Positions 27,592 through 32,000 of a DNA stretch of 32,000 bases are shown piece after piece. Position 1 is the stretch's first letter; each line of letters opens with the position of its first letter. This DNA comes from Candidatus Aenigmatarchaeota archaeon. Lineage in GTDB: Archaea > Aenigmatarchaeota > Aenigmatarchaeia > Aenigmatarchaeales > JACQIB01. The notes beneath the pieces were generated by a model. That model saw nothing but the letters and a program-made list of their open reading frames with translations. It made no database searches and was not told the DNA's origin. Location: positions 1 to 32,000 of the forward strand of contig JACQIB010000001.1 in the NCBI GenBank assembly GCA_016198755.1. The letters run 5' to 3'. Position numbers and translations under genes: made by a program.

Positions 27592-27601
27592 GGTATATAA
27601 G
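27592..27601 (+). promoter_or_regulatory. TATA-like box ggtatataag upstream of 23S
   Basis: Strong TATA match about 230 nt before the 23S start. Confidence 0.4.
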
Positions 27602-28681
27602 AGGGTGCAAAAAAACCGGGCAGTGAAGAAACAAAACTGTCTCTTTGAGCAAAAAGCGATGAAAAAAACAAATGACGTTTCGAGCCCGTAAGCAGATGCT
27701 CATTCGAACCTGGGAGTTCGGGTGTAAGGGCAAATAGGAAGCGATGAAAGGTTTAGAACACCTATTGAGCTTTCAAGATCTTTATGATCGATGATGCCAA
27801 CAGAGGAAAGAGGAAAGGGTCTGGAACATCACAATAAAGGATACTGTATGGTGGATGACTCGGCATGGGTTACCGATGAAGAGCGTAGCAAGCTGCGATA
27901 AGCCTGGGTGAGACGCAAGCAGTCTTAGAACCCGGGATTCTCCAATGCGACCTCGCGCCAGTTTAGGCTGGCATTCGCATACAGAAATGTTTGCGAAAGG
28001 GAACCCGCTGAATTAAAGCATTTTAATAAGCGGAGGAAGAAAAATCAAACGAGATGCCGCTATTAGCAGCGAGCGAAAACGGCAGAGACCAACCCGAATC
28101 TTTTTGTGTAAGCAGGAAGAGATGTGGGGCCAGGTACAATCTTTCTTTCGACCTGAAGTTCCGTGGAACACGGGTGCCATAGAAGGTGAAAGTCCTGTAA
28201 GGGAAAAAAGAAAGATTGATTCTGGAGGAAGAGTACCATTCCCCGATTCGGGAGTGGGAATATGGGGGTCATCAATCTCCAAGTCTAAACATAAACCATG
28301 GCCGATAGCGAAAGAAGTACGGTGACGGAATGTTGAAAAGAATTCTTCACCGAAGATGAAAAGAACCTGAAACCATACAGTGATAGTCGCCCATGGCGCG
28401 AAAGGTGCCCTTGTGAAGGAAAACTGCGTGAGCAGTGTGTACGAACAGGGGCTTACAGCGTTATGGGGTTCGTTTCGAAACACGTGGTAGGGAGTTTGCT
28501 TTCCTGGCGAGCTTAAGCTGTAAAACGGCGAAAGCGTAGCGAAAGCGATTGCACGCAGCCCGCAAGGGTCAGGTGCAAGGTTCGAAAGAGCCTGTAGTCA
28601 GGGGGGCAAGACCCGAAACCTTTCGATCTTACCCTGGGCAGGATGAAGTGCGGCGAAAGCTGCATGGAGGTCCGATACCGA

Positions 28682-28738
28682 TGCTAGCGCTAACTTCTCC
28701 AGCAGGAGAAGCTTCCAAGAAAAATCTGATTGGAGGAG
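28682..28738 (+). other. Hairpin-rich insertion or expansion in 23S near E. coli about 740; boundaries approximate
   Basis: Conserved GUGCAA.. loop is preceded by about 50-57 extra nt containing CTTCTCC-AGCA-GGAGAAG and CTTCCAA...TTGGAGG. Confidence 0.55.
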
Positions 28739-29071
28739 GTGCAACCTGCTCGGGTGACCTGGGGTAAGGGGTGAAAAGCCAATCGAGAAAGGTAATAGCT
28801 GGTTCCTCTCGAAATGTCCCTCAGGACAGCCTCGCTGGAGGCAGCTTGTGGGGTAAAGCACTGATTGGGGTGTTAAGGTGGGAAACCGCCGGCACGCCTG
28901 TCAGACTCATAACCTGCAAGCACCGTAGAAGGCGGGAGTGAGGGTACCTGGGTAAGCTAGGTATCCGAAGCGGGAACAACCGCGCCTGAGGTTAAGGTCC
29001 CTAAATGATAACTAAGTCACAAAAGTGGTGTCAGTCCAAAGACAGACGGGGCGTAGGCTTAGAAGCAGCCA

Positions 29072-29927
29072 ATTTGAGTAGTAATCTATACTTTAGAATA
29101 CGAAAATCAATAAAAGGAAGATTGATTAATAGAATAAAGTGCACAAACTACCGCCAAAAAATCCGAAAATCGCGTTGAAGACTGTTAACCTGCAAGGGTT
29201 AACAGCTTTTAGAAAAACTAAGCCTACGATACCCAATTACATAAATCCGCAACTAGCATATCTGGCGGGAGCACTAAGAGATGGTACAATTTCAAAAACT
29301 ACAGGGCCGTATGGCACAAAATACTATCTAGCAATATGCAATAAAGACAAGATATGGCTTGATAGTGTAATACGGCCTACCATAGAAACAATATTCAACA
29401 TAAAACTTGGGAAAATACTGAAAGACAGACAAAAACACCAAATCAGAATAAGAAAATATGGGATAGTGCAATTCTTGGCAGATTTGTTCCAACATCCATA
29501 TGGTAAACAAACCTTATGGAAAACCCCAAAGATCATAGAGGATTCGCATAAAGAAATAAAAAAATGGTTCTTGCGAGGATTCTATGATTCTGAAGGAGGT
29601 TGTGGGAACATAACAAAATTGTATAATAAATATCCGTGGCACAGTCCATTTCCTATCAGATTCCATTCTGGATGGATAAATGAAAAAGAATGTCCTCCAC
29701 TGGATTCTATTAGGTATATATTGACTGAAGATTTTGGTATAAAATGTTCGCCTGTTATCTTTTCTAAGAGATATAAAACAGGCAGATACAAAACTCAAGT
29801 AAAAATGTTTTATATAAAAATTACAGATAAAGAACAAAAATTGAAATTCATTAAAACCATAGGTAGCTCAAATCCAACCAAATTTAAAGAACTATTATTT
29901 TTGAAAGGATTGCTGCTCAAAGCTGAA
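29072..29927 (+). mobile_element. Archaeal rRNA intron in 23S (E. coli about 1077/1078), 856 nt, encodes LAGLIDADG protein
   Basis: BHB-like: central CAGC/GCTG, bulges CAA and AAC, inner helix TTTGAG/CTCAAA; splicing gives GCAGCCA+CCGCATAATCAACGCGTAAC with conserved spacing. Confidence 0.88.
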
Positions 29928-30068
29928 CCGCATAATCAACGCGTAACAGCGGACCGTTCGAGGACTGATGCGCTGAAAATGGACGGGAGTAAGTTATCTA
30001 CCGAGACCTCAGATACCAAAAGGTATAGCGTAGAGAGGCGCTCTGTTCGGGTAGAAGTTGGGGCGTAA
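29139..30068 (+). CDS. LAGLIDADG homing endonuclease (frame runs past the predicted intron end into rRNA exon)
   Basis: LAYLAGALRDGTI and WFLRGFYDSEGG motifs; GTG start at 29139. Confidence 0.9.
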   Translation: MHKLPPKNPKIALKTVNLQGLTAFRKTKPTIPNYINPQLAYLAGALRDGTISKTTGPYGTKYYLAICNKDKIWLDSVIRPTIETIFNIKLGKILKDRQKHQIRIRKYGIVQFLADLFQHPYGKQTLWKTPKIIEDSHKEIKKWFLRGFYDSEGGCGNITKLYNKYPWHSPFPIRFHSGWINEKECPPLDSIRYILTEDFGIKCSPVIFSKRYKTGRYKTQVKMFYIKITDKEQKLKFIKTIGSSNPTKFKELLFLKGLLLKAEPHNQRVTADRSRTDALKMDGSKLSTETSDTKRYSVERRSVRVEVGA

Positions 30069-30734
30069 GTTCCAATGGACCGTTCAGAGATGAGAATCCT
30101 ACCGATAGTAGCAGCAAAGAAGAGTTGGAATCTCTTCCGCCCGAAAGGCAAGGTTTTCCCGGCAACGATACTCGGCCGGGAGTAAGCCGATCCTAAGTCG
30201 CCCCCTAACGGACGGCGACGAAAGGGAATACGGTTAATATTCCGTAGCTGCAGCCATAGACGGGGTAACCCAAGCCCAGGCAAAATGTTTTTGGATATGT
30301 TCATGTAAGCGAAGCGTTTAAACCCTTGGAGTTCCGTCAAGGAGAGAAAAGGGTGAATGCGTTACAGGCTTCGGCGCAAGCTGGAGTTGAGCAAATTCCA
30401 AGAATCCATGAAAATTTGCCAGGGAGCGATTGGCTGCATTCGTACTCAGAACCGACGCAGGTGACCTTGTCTGAGAAGGACGTGGCGTGACGAGATACAC
30501 CAGGCTAGGGAACTCGGCAACACTGGCCGCGTACGTTCGCTATAAGCGGTGCCCATCTAGAGATAGGTGGGTCTCAGTGACCAGGGCCAAGCGACTGTTT
30601 AACAAAAACGTAGCCGGTTGCTATGCGGAAACGCTGTGTATAACCGGTGAGGCCTGCCCAGTGGCGGTGTGTCAAACTCGGTTTCAACCGAGCTAAGCCC
30701 CGCTAAACGGCGGCGGTAACTCTGACCGTCTTAA

Positions 30735-30775
30735 TCCAATCATGTAGAGAAATCTGTATGGTTGCATTGGGTACA
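30735..30775 (+). other. 41-nt insertion in 23S at about E. coli 1928/1929 (CUUAA^GGUAGCG)
   Basis: Splits the near-invariant CUAAGGUAGCG; contains CAATCATGTAGA-GAAA-TCTGTATGGTTG hairpin. Confidence 0.82.
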
Positions 30776-30901
30776 GGTAGCGTAATCCCTTGCCGATTAA
30801 ATGTCGGCCTGCATCAATGGCTTAACGACTTGGCCGCTGTCCCGGTCTGGAACTCGGCGAACTTGCTATTGTGGTGAAAAGGCCACAGACCCTCAGAGGG
30901 A

Positions 30902-31163
30902 ATCGGAAGAAGTGCTCTCGAAAATTTTAAAAAATAAAAATAGGTGATAAAAATGAGAGAAATCAAAAATTTAATAGAGACAAAGTCTTGCGATCCTATA
31001 ACAGCATTAAATGTTGCAACACAAATAGTGTCAGCAGGAGCAGCAGTTGCATCTGTATACTATGCATCTAAAAAGAAATAAAATAAATACCTACCAACAT
31101 AAGCGAGAAGGTATTATGATCATGAATAGTTAGAATAGAATTTGAGCATTTCTCCGACCTCAT
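30902..31163 (+). other. 262-nt 23S intron at about E. coli 2054/2055
   Basis: BHB: GAGG/CCTC central helix, bulges GAA and ATA, inner helix TCGGA(a)GAAGTGCTC/GAGCATTTCTCCGA; exon spacing restored. Confidence 0.87.
30953..31081 (+). CDS. 42-aa ORF inside the 2054/2055 intron (MREIKNLIETKSCDPITALNVATQIVSAGAAVASVYYASKKK)
   Basis: ATG with SD-like aggtgat 5 nt upstream; hydrophobic core and basic tail; below the ORF track's length limit. Confidence 0.5.
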   Translation: MREIKNLIETKSCDPITALNVATQIVSAGAAVASVYYASKKK

Positions 31164-31592
31164 AGAGAAGACCCCGTGGAGCTCTGCGGCAGCCTGTCGT
31201 TGCTGTGCGGTCGCGGTTTCATAGAGTAGTTGGGAGAGGTTATATCAGCGTTTTCGGGCGCTGGTTACTCGGCAATGTAACACCAACATCTCGTGACTGT
31301 ACTGCTAACCTCGACTCGGGGGACACCGATTGGTGGGCCGCTCGGCTGGGGCGGTACGCTCATGACAGGAGATCATGAGCGCGCAAAGTTATCCTCATCC
31401 CGGTCAGAAATCGGGAGTAGAGTGTAAACGCAAAAGGATGACTGACTGTGTTCCGCAAAGCAAGGAACGCAGACGCGAAAGCGTGCGTTAGCGATACACC
31501 GAGTGGTCTTTGATGGATTTCGGTGACTTCAGAAAAGCTACCCCGGGGATATGGGTTGGCGCAGAGAAGCGGGTTTTCTTGGAACAATTTAA

Positions 31593-31649
31593 TAAGGCAA
31601 AGCTATCTTGCCAATAGAAATATTGGTTTGCAAAGCAAGCTTTATGCTA
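31593..31649 (+). repeat. Copy 1 of a duplicated hairpin cassette in the 2449 intron
   Basis: taaggcaaagctatcttgccaatagaaatattggtttgcaaagcaagctttatgcta. Confidence 0.93.
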
Positions 31650-31726
31650 CACATACGTGTAGTGATTTTTCTAGAAAATCCGTGATAACCATCATTCTTC
31701 CACACATGCTATGATCGTACCTTGTA

Positions 31727-31782
31727 TAAGGCAAGCTTACTTGCCAATAGAAATATTGGTTTGAAAAGCAAGCTTTATGCTA
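31727..31782 (+). repeat. Copy 2 of the duplicated hairpin cassette
   Basis: taaggcaagcttacttgccaatagaaatattggtttgaaaagcaagctttatgcta. Confidence 0.93.
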
Positions 31783-31876
31783 ATCAGAGTTTGAGAGCAA
31801 TTACTTTTTGTGGAAGAACATCTCTGCGCCAAGCCACTTCATAACAGAGTCGTGGCGGGCGAGAGCTCCTATCGAC

Positions 31877-31938
31877 ATTTCGTCGAGTATAGGGTTTCAA
31901 TTTTAGAGTTAGCTATGCCAATATTCGCGGAACGAAAA
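31877..31938 (+). other. 62-nt insertion, candidate mini-intron, in 23S at about E. coli 2483/2484
   Basis: Relaxed BHB: TCG/CGA central pairs, bulges ACA and AAC, inner helix TTTCG/CGGAA; removal restores helix 89 spacing. Confidence 0.72.
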
Positions 31939-32000
31939 CCCGCGCGTTGCTACCTCGCTGTCGGCTCCCCCCCTCCTGGCTGTGCAGTAGCAGCCAAGGG

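Larger units (their letters stand above)
31551..31842 (+). other. 292-nt 23S intron at about E. coli 2449/2450 (peptidyl transferase centre)
   Basis: BHB-like: GGGG/CTTC, bulges ATA and ATA, inner helix TGG-g-TTGGCGCAGAGA/TCTCTGCGCCAA-g-CCA; splicing gives CCCCGGGGATAACAG. Confidence 0.9.
27830..32000 (+). rRNA. 23S rRNA gene, 5' part, truncated by window end, with multiple insertions
   Basis: GGTGGATGACTCGG...CGATGAAGAG, GGTAATAGCTGGTTCCTCTCGAAA, GGCTTAGAAGCAGCCA, GCGTAACAGC, GACCGTCTTAA/GGTAGCG, GACCCCGTG, CCCCGGGGAT, GGGCG...TGTCGGCTC, GCCAAGGG. Start is approximate. Confidence 0.96.

Noticed and set aside
27415-27830. RNase P RNA, SRP RNA, 5S rRNA or C/D box RNA in the 23S leader
   Set aside because: I could not find GAGGAAAGUC, the GGUC..GGAAGG SRP loop, 5S core or clean RUGAUGA...CUGA pairs. 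An Rfam scan is still needed.
30735-30775. Assigning exact BHB splice sites to the 41-nt insertion
   Set aside because: Several competing folds (TCCAAT/ATTGGG, CAATCATG../..TATGGTTG, GTCT/GGGT); none gives a clean 3-4-3 motif.
31551-31842. A homing endonuclease in the 2449 intron
   Set aside because: No ORF with LAGLIDADG or other nuclease motifs on either strand; only frames of a few dozen codons that look incidental.
27254-32000. ORFs in the track overlapping rRNA and its leader (for example 27254-27733, 28013-28483, 29936-30340, 31523-31714)
   Set aside because: They lie on rRNA sequence, lack recognisable protein motifs and are explained by the 23S gene or its introns.
27830-32000. 23S as a decayed pseudogene
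   Set aside because: Despite divergence, core motifs are present, spacing is restored after removing inserts, and at least one helix shows compensatory change.
1-32000. CRISPR array, prophage, transposase or reverse transcriptase/retron
   Set aside because: No constant repeats with spacers, and no recognisable integrase, transposase, capsid or RT motifs; the only mobile-element signal is the LAGLIDADG intron.

Overview
Archaeal chromosome segment, DPANN-like by gene content and style (inference). Housekeeping genes include truD, pth2, a carS / archaetidylserine synthase / decarboxylase lipid operon, a Tes-like radical SAM tetraether synthase, aEF-1beta, FEN-1, apgM, pcm and a SET-domain protein. 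There are three toxin-antitoxin-like modules, an orphan TSPPY DNA methyltransferase and several secreted proteins, including a 1563-aa membrane-anchored repeat protein. The right end (about 27.83 kb to the window end) is a 23S rRNA gene with no 16S gene next to its 5' side. The most interesting signal is how heavily the stable RNAs are interrupted. By hand alignment to E. coli 23S (from memory) I find insertions near E. coli positions 1077/1078 (856 nt, LAGLIDADG ORF), about 1928/1929 (41 nt), 2054/2055 (262 nt, with a 42-aa non-LAGLIDADG micro-ORF), 2449/2450 (292 nt, with a duplicated hairpin cassette), 2483/2484 (62 nt), plus a hairpin-rich insertion near 740. For four of them (1077, 2054, 2449, 2483) a bulge-helix-bulge (BHB)-like motif can be drawn whose predicted cuts restore the conserved exon length. 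A tRNA-Arg(GCG) on the minus strand carries a 103-nt intron in the T-loop (59/60) with an exact 3-4-3 BHB, and a second 27-29 nt insertion in the D-loop. Other observations: a 42-aa, 8-cysteine mini-protein missed by the ORF track, a perfect 18-bp palindrome over the presumed tes promoter next to a divergent HTH regulator, four degenerate extracellular repeats in the giant surface protein, and an unexplained transcribed-looking leader region before the 23S gene.
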